Notes: generated by a model not told the origin, from the sequence alone. Shown: positions 24,324 to 38,598, numbered from the stretch's first letter. The stretch: 64,000 nucleotides of DNA from Eledone cirrhosa (GCA_964016885.1 OZ024742.1:357430001-357494000); one strand, 5' to 3'. Made by a program: numbers and translations.

Positions 24324-24516
24324 ATATCTTTAAATGTTGGTGTAAGTTGAAGGAGGTATCATGCACCAGGATGTTTCTTCTCTAGAGTAACTACTCTCAT
24401 ATATAAAGGTGGAATGGAAGAGTTACTAATAATACAGAAACTGGTTGGGGTTAATAACATTGTTGTTTGAGATGATAAGAATTTGCAAGTATTTATTTGT
24501 TCAATTTAAACATATG

Positions 24517-25135
24517 TATAGAGAAGATTACTAATATAGGCGGGAAGCCACTAGAATTGGTTGAGGACTTCCTGTATTTGGGAGCAAAGATTGGGAATAC
24601 GGAAGATGATGTGGTTGAGAGGAAGAGTAACGCCTGGGCGGCATGCCACAGCTTGAGATCGGTGTGGAAGTCGGAACTTCGTAAAGACCTGAAGATCCGT
24701 CTCTTTGTTGCTGTAGTGGAGTCTGTGCTGCTGTACGGGTCTGAGACTTGGACACTGACCAAGAAACTCACTCAGATGGTGGATGGGTGCTACACGAGAA
24801 TGCTGAGGATGGCTCTGAACATTAATCAGTATACACTGAGGATGAAAAACTCAGAGCTGTATGGGAGCCTCACAAAAGTCAGCTCAAAAGTGACACAGAG
24901 GAAACTGAGGTTAGCTGAACATGCTCACCAGCATCCAGAGTTGACATTGCACTCAGTGCTCCTGTGGCAGCCCCTACATGGACACACTGGAAGAGGAAGA
25001 CCGAGTTTAACATCTGTTGATGCCCTAAGGAAAGACACTTGTCTGTTGGAGACGCAGGACATGACAGCGATAATGAGGGACAGAGACCGCTGGAGAGAAC
25101 TCGCCCATGGATCTCGGGAATTTTATCCGCCCTAG
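24517..25135 (+). mobile_element. RTE-clade LINE 3' fragment of a distinct family
   Basis: ORF 24497..25135: LELVEDFLYLG, SVLLYGSETWTL, LRLAEH, GRGRP, RDRDRWR. Confidence 0.9.
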
Positions 25136-28100
25136 ATATAGAGCTAGTATGCCATGACAGACTAGGGGAAGTATCAAGTGCCCCTGAAAGTTGGTCATCA
25201 AAAAGAGCTAGTGATACAAGTAATAAAAAAAATAATATAAGGGGAAAAATATAAAATAAAATGAAAATAAAAAGAATCTGGTAAAGCTCTTTATTATAAA
25301 TTACAATATTTATAATAATGGTTTCTACTATAGGCACAAGGCCAGCAATTTTGGGGGAGGGGAATGTCGATTATATCAACCCCAGTGCATTACTGGTGCT
25401 TTATTTTATCGACCCCCGTAAGGATGAAAGGCAAAGTTAACCTCAGCGAGATTTGAACTCAGAACGTAAAGGGATGTAACTCTATACCACAAAGCATGTT
25501 GTCTGATACTGACAGTCTACTGAAGAATTCCTAACATCCCCACAAAGACACAAATTTAAAAGGAAAAAATCATTTAATTAAAAGGCTGCCCATACTCGAC
25601 TGGTACTTATTTTAACAACAACAACATAAATATATAAATGAAAGGCAAAGATTTGAACTTAGTACATAATCAAATACCATTTGGCCTATTGTTCATCACT
25701 CTATTGATTATACCACTTGCTGTCATTTTCAATAACAATAACGAACGTTCAAAAATTCTCTTATGAATTTATAAATTTACAGAGAAAAATAATACTGATG
25801 TAAGAATCTCACCGCTCATTCACAGAAATCAATATTAGAACCAGAGGGTGTGCAGAGTCTCTGTTGTGTGACTAATGTCCTTGAGAAAGGCCTGAATATA
25901 CCATTGTCTCATTTGTCTTGCCTATAAATTTGTGGTCGTAAGCATGAGTATAAAAATATCTCTCATCAATACAGCATTAACATTTTTGGACCTTCTTCAT
26001 TGCCAACCAAGAGATTTTTATTATTTTGGTCAAGACGAAGTTCACTGGAATCTGCTTTATTTCTAGTATCATAGAATGAGAATAGATGTAAAGATGTGTG
26101 CATGTTCATCTGTATGTATATAAATATATGAACAGATGTATATATGGATGTATGTAGATATGTGTGTATGTATGACTATATTATTATATATATGTATGTA
26201 TATAAATATATGAATAAATGTAGACATATTTGTATGTATTACTACACCTATGTATATATGTATGTATGTATCTAGGTAGGCAGCTATTCATTTACGTATG
26301 TAGGTAGGTTTTCATGTATGTAACTTTTTGTGTGTATTCCATGTATGAAATTCTTTCATATATTTTCTTTTGCTCATATATATGTATGCGTTCATGCATG
26401 AGTGTGTCCATGTAAATATATGATTATGTGTATGTATATATAGTTCATACACCCAATATTGTGTATATTACATTATATATATCATACACCAAATATTGTG
26501 TATATTGTGTGTATGTGTAGATATATCAAATACCCATATTTTGTCTATTGTGTGTATGTGTATATACACACATCGCATAGACATATGTGTATGTGTGTAT
26601 ATATGCATAAGTTTTGCGTGTGTCTTTTTTTATTCATGTGTGTATAAATGTAGATGTGTTTATCTGTGTGTATATATATATATATATATACATTATATAT
26701 GGTTTGTTATTAGTTTGTGGGGGCACAAATGTAGGTGTGTTTAGCTGTGGGTGTATACACATTATGTGTGGTGTGTGTGTATTTTTTATTCATGGGTGTA
26801 TAAATGTTGGTGCATTTATCTGTGTATATATATATGCCCAAGTTATGTGTGTATGAATGTAAGTGTGTTTACATTGTATATAAGTTCACAAGTTATGTAT
26901 GTGTTTTTCTAATTCAAGGGTGTATAAATGTAGATGTGTGTTTATCTCGGTTAATGTATATGTGATAAATCACAAGCTGGAGCATAAGATAACCTATCAT
27001 GATATTTCAGTACTTTACTCTTTATTAGATAAAAGTATAAAATCAATAGATTTAACTAAATTAAGTTCTCTGGTGATAGTCTGTATCTATTATTAACAGA
27101 GGCATTTTGATGGTGTATTTAAATATGCATTTTTCAGCTTGAATGATTGCTGCTTATTTGAGTAGTATTTTTCTGGTGGACAGAGTCTAACCTGTGGACA
27201 ATTGAAGACAGAGAATCAGATGAAATATATATGGATAGGTAAAGTGTATGGGGTTATAAGCACAAACCTCTTGCTTGATGTGGAAATAACATCAGAGAAA
27301 CTTCTCTCTTATAATGGTTTTCAACAAGCCAAATGAAGATCGATATTACTCGTTATAAAAATGTGAATTATTGGCAAATCTATAAGTAATATGGCAAAAG
27401 TTTTACACTACAATAGCAAGTGAATCATTTCAATCCTATTCTCAAGCAATCATTTGAACTGTTAACTTGTGTTAGTGTGTCTGTATGTATGAGTGTCAGT
27501 TTGTGTGTGTGTGTATATATATATATATATGTATGTGTTTGTATGAGTGTGTGTGTATATATAATGTGTATATGCGTGCCTGTATGCATGCATGAATAAT
27601 GGTGATAAACTATTACAATAAACGCTGCATTTACTAGGATCATTTATTTCTCTTTGTTTTTATTACTACAGGTAAAAATATATTTTAGAGGATCAGATGG
27701 TGGATGTGTATACCTTAGTATTGACTGCCTCCATCATCAGCATTATCACTACCACAGCCACCAACAACAGCAATAATAAAAATATCATCTCCATCATCAC
27801 CACCATCATCATCATCATCATTATCAATATCATCATTTTATATTTGCTTTCCAACTTGGCACAACATGAACAATTTGTTATGGTCCAAACCAGTTTTTAT
27901 TTGGAGTTATTTCCATCAAAGATGGATGGAGGACAATGTTTTGCTTAGACATTCTTTTTTTGCTATGTGTATTTTACAGTTGGATGACCTTCCTAACACT
28001 GCTGCTTTTGTTGTGTTTACTGGGAATGTTTTATTGTGTTACCTGCAGTAGAGAGTTTGTCAGTTTTTTTATGTAACTATTGAGTCCTTGTTATCCTATG

Positions 28101-29260
28101 TTACCTCTGTTTCATTGTTAAAATCACCCTTTGAAATGACCCACTCCTATGAACGTTTTAAAGAACATCTGGAAAAATTGGTGAAACTGAGGACAAAGTA
28201 ATATTTTAAAGTATCTGACTAGATACCTGATCGGAATTCTTATAACAGGAATATTTGCTAAAGACAAGTAAAGGTCAACTATTACGTTAAAACATGTAAC
28301 AGATTAAATCTCACATACAAAAACTAGTACCATCTATCTGGGTGTTCAACACAGCTCCCTTCTACCCAATATCACTAGGGTTAGGTCAACCTGAAACAGA
28401 GGAATAAGCATGCAGTGAAATTGTACACCTGATCAAACATCTGATACCGATCTTTTAGATAACTATAAAATCAGCTCAAAAATGCCATTCACGTATATGT
28501 CTAATAATTTATATAAATGGTTTAATGATCCAGCCATTATAATGCTTCTCACCCATGATAATCAAAGACAGATCATATATGTGAAGAAGTTCCTTTTTTC
28601 ACTCACCAATGTTAGTTTATCTGACTTTGATAAAAAGTGCTCCTAGTCCAAGTGGCACCCCCTAGTTATGCCTCTGATCTGAAGGTATAAATAAGTAACT
28701 AGTCAACTGTGAGAGTCAACGTACAATCAGATTATTGCATACTAAACTTCTTAACCATCTGAGCTGACCACTGTAAAAATCTTCTAAGTAATTGCATTGA
28801 GTAAAGTATATATTGGTTATTTTTTATCAAGTGTTGTTGAGAAATGTTGGTTAAAGAATATTTTCAGATAATTTTCATGATGTGCAGCCGATTGTTGCAC
28901 TTGGTGGTTAATTGATGGTCATTTTCGTTTTTGTTTTTACTTCCCTTTTTTGTGTATTATATTTGATATATTTTAGTGTATCTCTAACGTTATTTAGGCA
29001 ACTGTGAATAAACTAATATATATCTCTATTAATAAAATAGAAATCAAAATTTTCAAATTCAGATATGAACGTTGAATTTAATCCTCAGGAATTACAGAAA
29101 TTCTCAAAATCTGAATAAAAGGTAAATTCAACTCAACAATGTGTTTTGAAAATTATTTTGTCTATGGATAATATATTTATAATTGCTATCACTGTTTCAT
29201 TACTACTCTCAACAGTTTTAACTCCTTAGATCAGTGTATTGTCTGTACTGTCATTATACA

Positions 29261-31724
29261 CAGTGGCGGACTGGGTCTAAAAATATATAAAGAGACCCAC
29301 CAATATATAGAATGCTATCATTTAATTTTTATAATCAATAATAACATTTTCAAAAAATACATAAGTGAAAACAAAACAGTTCAATCAAAATTTTGCAGAA
29401 AGAAATGTGTATTTATTAATATTTATAGTGTATACAAACTGTACATATTTTTGGCAGTCATCATCATCATCATCATCACCGTTTTACGTCCGTTCTTCCA
29501 CGCTAGCATGGGTTAGACGGGTTGTCCTGTTGTGGGCAGTGTCTGGTCAGCTGACCATGCCTTTCTCATACAGGAACTGATCTGGCTTGATTTCTACAGC
29601 TGGATGCCCTTCCTAACACCAACCTCATTTACAGTGAGTGCTGGGTGATTTTTTGTGGCGCCTACACGTCCACTTTACAGTGTGGGCTGGGTGCTTTTTT
29701 GCCGTGGCACCTCCACGACCACCTTGCGGTGGGCGGTGTGGGGGCATATTGTCTATATGCTTCAGCTTATACCCATTGGAGGTCGGGTACTCTGTATTAC
29801 TGCGTGACGCCAGAAGTCACGGTCATGTGTCATTGCCTTTGAGAGGTGTAATTGGGTAAGGTCGGCTTTTATCACCTTATCCCAGGTCATCTTGGGTCTC
29901 CCCACTCCGCGGTTTCCATCAACTTCTAGTGCTCTGCACCTTTTTATGCAGCTGTCATCCTTCATACGCATCACGTGTCCATACCAGCGCAACCGCCTCT
30001 CCTGCACACAGCATTTGATTCCTCTTATGCTCAGTCTCTCTTTCAATTCATTTATGCTTTGTCGTTCACGTATATTACTGTTACACATCCATCGGAGCAT
30101 GCAGGCTTCGTTTCTCTCTAATCTACGTAAGTCTTCCACCTTCAGCGCCCAGGTCTCACTACCATGCAACATTGCTGTTCGGATACACGCATCATACAGT
30201 CTGCCTTTCATTCTGAGGGAGAAGCCTTTTGCAGCTAGCAGTGGTAGTAGTTCCTAAACTTCTTCCATCCCGTGGTTATTGTACTTTCTGAACACCCACC
30301 TCCGCTGCTAATTCGGTCACCTAGGTAGCAGAAGCTGTCTACTGTTTCTACAGAACCCTCCCAGAGATTGGTGGTACTTGTTTCCTGTGGCTGTTTGCTG
30401 CTTGCTGTCTCAGCACAGCTGCTGCATGTGAAGCCTACATTCTTAATTAAGCTTCCTGAGATCCCGCTACATCTCTTGTGTACCCATTGTTTGCATTTGG
30501 GGCAGAGAATGGAGTTCCTACCAACACCTTTCCTACATACTGAGCAAGGCCATTTCCCTGAGGGGATCTGGGTTCTGTTTTCTCGTCTACTTACAAGGAC
30601 CTTAGTCTTTGTCATGTTGACTTTGAAACCCTTTCTTTCTAGTCCCTGCTTCCAAGTTTGGAATTTATTCTCTAGTTCTACCATAGATTCAGCTATGAGT
30701 GCGAGGTCATCAGCATACAGGAGTTCCCATGGGCATCCGGTCTTAAACTCCTCCGTTATTGCCTGCAGGACTATGATGAACAGGAGGGGGCTAAGAACAG
30801 AGCCTTGGTGGACCCCAACCTGTACGCTAAATTCCTTGCTATACTCATTGCTAATCCTAACTTTGCTGACTGCTCCCCTATACATGGCTTGTACCGCTTT
30901 CATAAGCCATTCATCTACTCCTAGTTTTCTAAGAGCCCACCAGATTACAGCACGTGGAACTCTGTCAAAGGCTTTCTCAAGGTCGACAAATGCCAGGTAG
31001 AGTGGCTTACTTTTAGCTAGGTACTTTTCCTGTAACTGCCTCACAAGGAAGAGGGCATCAGTGGTGCCTCTTCCTGTATCCAGTAATATTAAATGTTAAT
31101 ACAGAATGTTATAATTGAATTTTTTTAATAATTGTGAATGTATAGTATATTGTTATTTAGTATACTATATGCAAGTGATCGTTGTTACCTTCTCCAATAA
31201 AAAAAATATAAAGTACCTTGAAAATATACACATCCAGAGACTCTCAATAATTTATCTGGAAGTGTGTGCATGTGTGTACATGTACATGTGTATATATAGA
31301 TTTATATACATGTTTTCAACTTGTACAAACATATTTGCTGACTCATTCTCACTGGGGACTTTAGACTGAAGAACTGACCAATAATTGATTTTAAATATGC
31401 CTTTTACCAATTCATATAAAAAATTATTTGGCGAGCACCTCCTGTGTATGTGTAAGTATATATATATATATATGCATGTGAGTGTGTGTGTCCATGCACT
31501 ATCATATATTTTGGTTTCTATTAATTCCCTAGGGAATTTTTTGACCAAATGCTTTTCTTATTTGTTTATTTATTTTTGAAAATGTTCATTCTTTGTCTAA
31601 GACTTTTTTTTTAAAGATATTTTTTGGCCTTTAAAATACTACAGTGGGCCTCTGCAATGCTACCGTGGCCCCCTGGGGCCCACTTGCCATTTGGGAACCT
31701 GGAAACCTGGCCAGTTTGCCACTG
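29261..31724. mobile_element. Non-autonomous hAT-type element containing a nested LINE
   Basis: TIR CAGTGGCGGACTGG / CCAGTTTGCCACTG (12/14 match); 8-bp TSD ATTATACA / GTTATACA (7/8 match). Confidence 0.72.
29458..31076 (-). mobile_element. 5'-truncated RTE LINE: RT, PHD-like finger, C-terminus, 3' UTR; frameshifted
   Basis: ORF 30235..31044: AFVDLEKAFDRV, GVHQGSVLSPLLF, LLYADDL; continues in 29762..30211 after a 1-bp deletion near 30255; (CAT)n tail. Confidence 0.96.
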
Positions 31725-32087
31725 GTTATACATTTTCTGTATTTTAACTCTTTCAATACTGCCTGAGATTTCTTAAGATTCTTTCATATAAAATCTCTCA
31801 TTTTAAAATGAATATTTATAAAAGTTGAATTAGAAGATCTCATCGTAACTTTATCTAAATAAAATAGTCTAATAATTGTTTCTACTTTTGGCACAAGGCC
31901 AGCAATTCCCCAGTGCATTACTGGTACTATATTTTATCGACCCCGTAAGGCTGAATGGCAAAGTTAACCTCGGCGGGATTTGATAACAGGACATATCAGC
32001 CTACTGAATGGAAAAACGATTCACATCAACACACTTGTGATCTGATGCCCATCTCTCTCTGTTCAATGGGTTCTTACATTCCGTGGA

Positions 32088-32270
32088 TTGGCAGTAGCGG
32101 TAGAGGGTTGGACGCCATGCTTTGATGCATAGAGTTACGCCCCTTGTCATTCTGAGTTCAAATCCCGCCGAGGTTAACTTTGCCTTCCATCCTTACGGGG
32201 TCGATAAAATAAAGTACCAGTAATGCACTGGGTAATTGCTGGCCTTGTGCCAAAAGTAGAAACAATTATT
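32088..32270 (+). mobile_element. tRNA-derived SINE; partial inverted copy at 31871-31983
   Basis: TGGCAGTAGCGG A-box-like, GAGTTCAAATCCC B box, central ttgccttccatccttacggggtcgataaaat domain. Confidence 0.85.
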
Positions 32271-33135
32271 AAATTATATTTTATTTAGTCAAAGTTGCAA
32301 TGAGATCTTCTAATTCAATTTTCAAACACTGCACCCCATTTTCTAAACTTATGTATATTTATTAAATTCAAACATGTTATACTTTTATACAAGAACCTTT
32401 TGTTAAGTTATATTTCCCACAAAAGTTTAATAATAGTAAACTTAGTTATTTTACTAAATCTATCCAATTTTCTTTGTTATTTTCAAAATTCTTCAAAACA
32501 CTTAAGTAAAGTATTTTATTAAAAATATTTTAATGAAAAGGTTAAGTCCAACCTATTCCTGAGCTAATCAATTCTTGGGTTTCGTTTTCCTTGTTTTGTA
32601 TATATTTTTCTTTCTGATAATAGTTTCTGTAAACAATTTTCCCCTAATTATATATCTAAAATATTTTAGTTTTCTCTCTGAAGATTTCTAATAAAATGTT
32701 ATACAACTCCTTACAGATTCATAATTCTCTAGATTATTTCTTCTCTAAACACCTGTTACAAATCTTATTTCTTTACTATTCACTTCTGCTGTCTCTTTTC
32801 TTCTTCAACATTGCAGGTGCATGTATTTAACATATGTTCACATATGTATTTCTGTTTCTATCTTCATTAGCATTATCATGTCCACTGCTTCAGTTGGCAT
32901 AGCTCTTAAAGTGTGTATAACCTATTTTTCATTCTTTACTGTACATCTCCAAAATTATTCATGCTGCCTTCAATTTGTTTAAGCCCCCCCCCACACACCC
33001 CCACATACACACACACAACTCCATATTACTTAAACCTTTCTTGACCAAGTCTCTAATGAAATACACTCTATTTCAAATAACTAATGCACAAATTCCAGGG
33101 ATATACTAAAATTATAAATTATTTACTATAAAGAG

Positions 33136-33353
33136 TGAAGCCGTGTGGCTGAGGGGTTAGAGAATTAGATTCACAATTTTGAGGTTGTGAGTTCGATTCC
33201 TGGACTGGGTGATGCGTTATGTCCTTCAGCAAGGTACTTCATTTCACGTTGCTCCTTCTACCTGGAGTTGCGACCGATAGATAGTGTTAGCAACTGGAAA
33301 GACCAATGGAAACATTGTTTCCTCGGTCCGATTTGACGAAAATAGATCGATCC
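33136..33353 (+). mobile_element. tRNA-derived SINE (family of 23461-23670)
   Basis: TGGCTGAGGGG / GAGTTCGATTCC boxes and the shared body. Confidence 0.88.
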
Positions 33354-34076
33354 ATTACTATAAAGAATGATGTGCTCATGTGTGAAGATGTTATAAAATA
33401 GCTTATCAGATAAGGTGAAGACCCTTAAAAATGGAGAAAGAAGCTGCCATTTCTAAGATAGTTACTGAACATAGGTTTCTTATGAAAGATTTTCTTGAAA
33501 GATTTTACTTTAAATTGGAACCCTTTAAATTTGTTTTATTGTACCAATACCAGTAAGGAAACGGTTAATTTCTTTCCTCAGCAACTGTGGACCTAACTTT
33601 TAATGCTTAGGCCACTCATCTGGGACGTTAAATATTGTGACACTTTCTCTAGTGGCAAGCTGGTGCATTAGACTACCATCCAAGGCTTTACTACTTATCA
33701 GGCCAAAGGAAGCAAATTATCAAAGTATCAGCTGCTCTCTTAGAGGCTTGTAATTAAGCCTCTGGCAGTGGAGACTTCCTGTGTTCTTGGCCTCCAGACC
33801 ATATCTCTATTTATAGAGGCAGCATTGGCTATCCACTGGTGTGAGTCCTGTGAGCTGGAGTGACTGTTTCAGCTCGTCTCCCTCGCCACCATCTGGAACA
33901 ATCTCTTCTCCATTCTGTCGACCAGAACCACATGACAGACTAGTACTTAAATAGTGCTTAGTAAATGTAGATCTAACACACACAATAACCACTGCTAGTT
34001 GGCGGAGGGTATTGTATCCAATACCCCGAGACAAACTAGCCCTTAAACAGTGGATAATAAATGCAGATCTCTCTCC

Positions 34077-34107
<31 letters not shown>

Positions 34108-35362
34108 ACACACACCCACACAATATCTACTGCTAGTTAACAGAAGGAGTTGTATAATACACTGCCATTAATAGAGATACAGTAAAAGAGACATCTCGCC
34201 ATCTGTAAAGAAAGACAAGTTTCTAAACCATTAGAATTCTTTTCTTCCTGACTGTAAAGTTTACTCCACTTCTTCCTAATATATATTACTTTTTTAAATA
34301 ATACAATACATCATTAGTTTATGTGGATTCTACTGTTTATTGTTTGTAGGAAAATGTTTTCCAAGATTATATTAAAATTCATTTCTTTATGATCAAAATA
34401 TGAATGGGAAATTTACAAATTTTGAAATCAATCATTTACAAAATTCATGTAGAGCTTTTAATATAAGCTTATTAGGTAACATATTTCGTTCCATTTTTTT
34501 ATATATATATCTATTTTATCAGAATATACAGACTGTCAATTATAATGTAAAACCAGTCTGTTTAAACTATATTTATGATTGAGTCTGACCTAAGAATGAT
34601 CTTGTTCAGCATTATTGCTGCAGCTATTCAATGCTAATTCATTTCTATTTTCTATGTATAAACAAAAGTCTATAGCAGTCTTCAAATATAGATAACTTTT
34701 CTATAATGTAGATTCTATCTTCATATAACTGCTTATACATACTTATTGATAATATATGAGTATCATCTAAATTCAAACAATTCTTGCTACGTGAAGTAGT
34801 TCACCTTCCTTCTATTAATTTACTTTTTGAAATCAATTATTATGATGTATATATTCTCAAAGTATATCTGTGATAAGGTTCTGAGAAGAATCGCCACTGA
34901 TATATATATATATAATTATTTCTCTATGCTGTGAGAGTTGGTTGGAGATTTTTTTGTTTTCATTTCTCTTTACTCTTGCCTCCAATTACAACCTTTTCTG
35001 TTTCATCTACAAAGCTAAATTTTCTAAAAGGAAATAAGCTTCTATACATTTGACCTATCATCTGACCTTTAGTCTCATAACGTAGTGACCATTGCAGTAC
35101 TATTAAATCTTTAGCCTTCTTGTACTGATAGAAGTGTTGTATACTATGATTCTTCGCACTACTCCTGGTAGAAGGAGTAACGACAGCAGTCAAAGTATAG
35201 AGTTGCAGCTGGTAGATAGTATCAGCAATGGAATGACTATTGGAAACATAGTTTCTTTAGTCTGATCTAACGATCAGTTCCTTTTCCTTCCATTTTTTGG
35301 GTGGGGTTCTTACTATATATTTCTATATAGTGATTTTACAATTTGATTTGCTTTTGTAGTAT

Positions 35363-35950
35363 AGTAAAATCTCGGTTATCTGAAGATCAATAAACTGAAT
35401 TTCGAATTATCCAAACAAGATCTCTAAGTCTCGTGAATATTTAATTTGTCAGAACTTAAAGATAATAATACTGTTACCATTTTCTTTTGTTTCCAGTGAT
35501 TAAAAGTATATTTAAATTACTAAGGAACATGTAAAAACATTAGATCAAAGAGCTCACCTTCAGTAGTTTTGAAAAAACATGTTAACATATAAATAACTAA
35601 CATGAGGAAGGATTTACAAGCATGGTACAATCAGTGGTGTCTTCATTCACTTGATGACCTTCTTCTAAGTATATATCTTTAACAAGTAATCAAGCTTGTT
35701 GCTATGACTATATCCTTGAAGGCAAAGCAAATACTATTCATAATAAAAAAGAATAAAGAGATTTAACTGCATCTAGATCATGGTGAAAGGGCATCAAAGA
35801 TTGCACAAGAGTACAATATAAGAAAACTTATACAATTTCTGTAAAAATATTTTTGTGTAATTATATTGAATAAAGTTTCCTTTGTTTATGACCAAATCAG
35901 TTAGTGAACAGTCAGTTATCCAAACAATCTCATTCTTGAATAATTTGGGC
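35363..35950 (+). mobile_element. Decayed pogo/Tigger-like DNA transposon relic
   Basis: tagtaaaatctcggttatctga resembles a pogo-type terminus; ~35745-35825 translates KNKEI*LHLDHGERASKIAQEYNI, similar to a CENP-B/psq helix-turn-helix. Confidence 0.4.
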
Positions 35951-36067
35951 TTGAAGTATTTGTCTTAGAGTAGCTAATCAAATGACTATAGCTATCTTCA
36001 AGAAACTAGTCTTTTTATTAGTTTTACAAACAGACCAATGTTTTAAAATTTTCGTTTCATGATATCT

Positions 36068-36445
36068 ATTACTATTATTATCATTATTATTGTTCTTTGA
36101 GTCTCAGTCATTGATGTTATTTAACTGTAAAAGTTTGTTGAAATGAATATCAAGCCGCTACCTGCAGCCTCAGATATTCAGAACATATCGGAGGATTCTT
36201 GCTGTTCCCAGCAAGCATGCCTTTTGAAGTGTTCCAAAAAGCGGGGCTGGACTAACTTTCTTTAACCATCCTTGGAAACTCTTTGAGATAGTACCTAGAG
36301 TGCCTATGACAACCGGGACGACCTTGATTTCATGGCAGTTCCAAATCCTTTTTAACTCTCACTTTAAATCCTGGTATCGGTTAATTTCCTCCCTCTCCTT
36401 TTCTTGCACTCTCATGTCAAATGGGCAGGCTACATCTACATTGTA
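36068..36445 (-). mobile_element. R4/Dong-like LINE, extreme 3' fragment
   Basis: Minus strand reads DVACPFD...VVPVVIGTLG...LQKACLLGTARILRYVL (RLE C-terminus); (AAT)n at the 3' end. Confidence 0.75.
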
Positions 36446-36466
36446 GATTATTATTATTATTATTAT

Positions 36467-38598
36467 AGTTTCATTTATCTTGCTTTATGTTCATATGAGT
36501 TATCACCAAGTCACAACCAGTGACCTCAAGAGACAACAAGGTCCGCCATGTTCAAGAAAAAACATACATACTCACACATGCATGTTTAGGTGTTTAGACT
36601 TGTGCTGTACTTATATTGACAGAATCTTCCTTAGTATATGGGCAGTTCCCATTAGTACTATCTTTTGTATTTCTCCTATACGCGGGTTTCCTGGGATTTG
36701 TGATAAGTAATCATTAGACCCCTTAGGTATCATTCCTAGAGCGCCTACAACCACTGGTATTGTTTTAGTTCTCAATTTCTATATTTTTCCAATTTCTATC
36801 TTCAGGTCCTTATACTTGCTCAATTTTTCAAATGTTTTATAGATACATTCTTGACTATTGGAACGGGCATATCAATTAGCAGGCATACCCTCATTTTAAA
36901 GTCCTTCAGTATTATATCAGGTCTATTTGCATCTATTTTTCGGTCTGTTTGGATGCTAAAGTTCCACAAGATTGAGATGTGATCTTTTTCAAGTACAGGA
37001 GGTGGTTGATGCTCCCACCAATTCTTTTGATGGGGCAGGTCAAAATGCTTACACATTATCCAATGTATGTATTGTGCAGCTCTGTCATGCCTGTTTAGGT
37101 ATTCGGTTGGAGCTATAGGACTGCACATTGAAATTATATGATCAATGATCTCTTGTTGTTTTTTACATACACGGCATAATTGGTTGCATCCATTTTTTAT
37201 TATGTTGGGTTGGTAATTTTTTGTTGGCAGACACTGATCTTGTGCTGATATAATCAGTCCTTCAGTCTCCGATTTCAGTCCAGAGGATGCCAACCACTGA
37301 TGGGTTAAAGTTTTGTCAACATCAGGATTGTTAGCTCTTTCTGGGTATTTTCCATACAGAGGCTTTTCTTGCCATTTCTTAGCCAGTTTCTGTAGCAGTT
37401 ATTTCTTTGCAGTTACTTTTACCTGCTTTGCTTTTTTTTTCTGTGTTTTCCATTTCAGCAGTAAATAGGACTTCTGAAATTTGTAGTCCATTACTGTATC
37501 TTTGTGCATCTTTTGTAATGTAGTATGATCTTTTGATGCTTTCGTGTTTCAAAACGAGTTTGATCATCCAATCATGTGATTCCCTTAGATATGTAGATAA
37601 TCCAATTGTTGCAGTTTTCAACGCAATGTCTAACTGGATTAACCCACGTCCTCCTTCTTTCCTAGGGAGATATATTCTATCTGTATCTGCCTTAGGGTGA
37701 TGCATTCTGTGCATGGTTAAGAATTTTCTAATTTTTGTATCGAGCCTACGGATCTCTGTGCTTGACCAGTTGATGACATTGTAATTATAGGTTACTACTG
37801 GTATGGCAAGCGTGTTTATGGCATCGATCCTATTCCTTGCATTCAATTCCGTTCTTAAGATTGCTCTTACTCTGTGGTAACATTCCTTCCTTATCCTTTC
37901 CCTCATTGTCGAGTGCTTGATTCCGTCTCCTTCACAAACACCTAGATATGTGTAAGTTTCCTCCTGATCAAGTTCTCTTTAACACATTCCCCCATCAAGA
38001 TTAATGTCTGAACTTTTCAGCAGCTTTCCTCTGGTGAACGTTGCTTTGGCGCATTTATCTAGTCCAAACTCTATTTTAATGTCATCACTGAACTGTTCCA
38101 CAGTGGATAATAGCCCTTGCAATTGTTCATTATTTTTTGCAAATAGTTTCAGGTCATCCATGTAGAACAAGTGATTAATGGTTTTGTCATAGACTTTATA
38201 TCCATGTTTTGTTTCATTGAGCATTTTACTTAATGGTATAAGTGCGATGCAGAATAAAAGCGGTGATAAAGAGTCACCCTGAAAAATTCCACAATTAATA
38301 TTAACTTCTCCAACTTCCAGTGATTTTTTTTCATTATTCAAAAGGAATGTCGTTTTCCACATATTCATACTGAATGACAACGGGAGATATTTTGAAAATC
38401 TCTAAACATTTTTCAATCCAACTGTGTGGCAAACTATTGAATGCTTTTTTATAATCTATACAAGCAATTGATAGATTCTTGTGTCTATTATGACAATCTT
38501 CCAGTATCATTTTGTGAACCAAAAGCTGATCCTTACAGCCATATGAGCCTCATTTACACCTTTTCTGCTCATTGGGAAATAGATCATTTGTTATCAGG
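36467..38598 (-). mobile_element. R4/Dong-like LINE (RT, CCHC finger, restriction-like endonuclease); decayed and 5'-truncated
   Basis: GSYGCKDQLL, IDYKKAF, GIFQGDSLSPLLF, HLFYMDDLKLF, SETEGLIISAQDQ, CRVC...H....C, RHD, RPDII motifs in consecutive broken ORFs; 3' end at (ATT)n 36447-36466. Confidence 0.9.

Noticed and set aside
26090-26960. Cys/Val/Tyr/Ile-rich ORFs (also 8333-8637 and 21478-21765)
   Set aside because: Translations of TG/TA low-complexity sequence
27640-27720. Possible host exon after a polypyrimidine tract and CAG (similar sites near 32816 and 34348)
   Set aside because: No recognisable protein or paired donor site; such acceptor-like sites are common by chance
30368-31000. 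Antisense ORFs over LINE fragments (also 331..819, 29892..30257, 47925..48371)
   Set aside because: Shadow frames of RTE ORF2
34960-35193. 77-aa minus-strand ORF with ordinary composition
   Set aside because: Short, no recognisable domain or supporting splice structure
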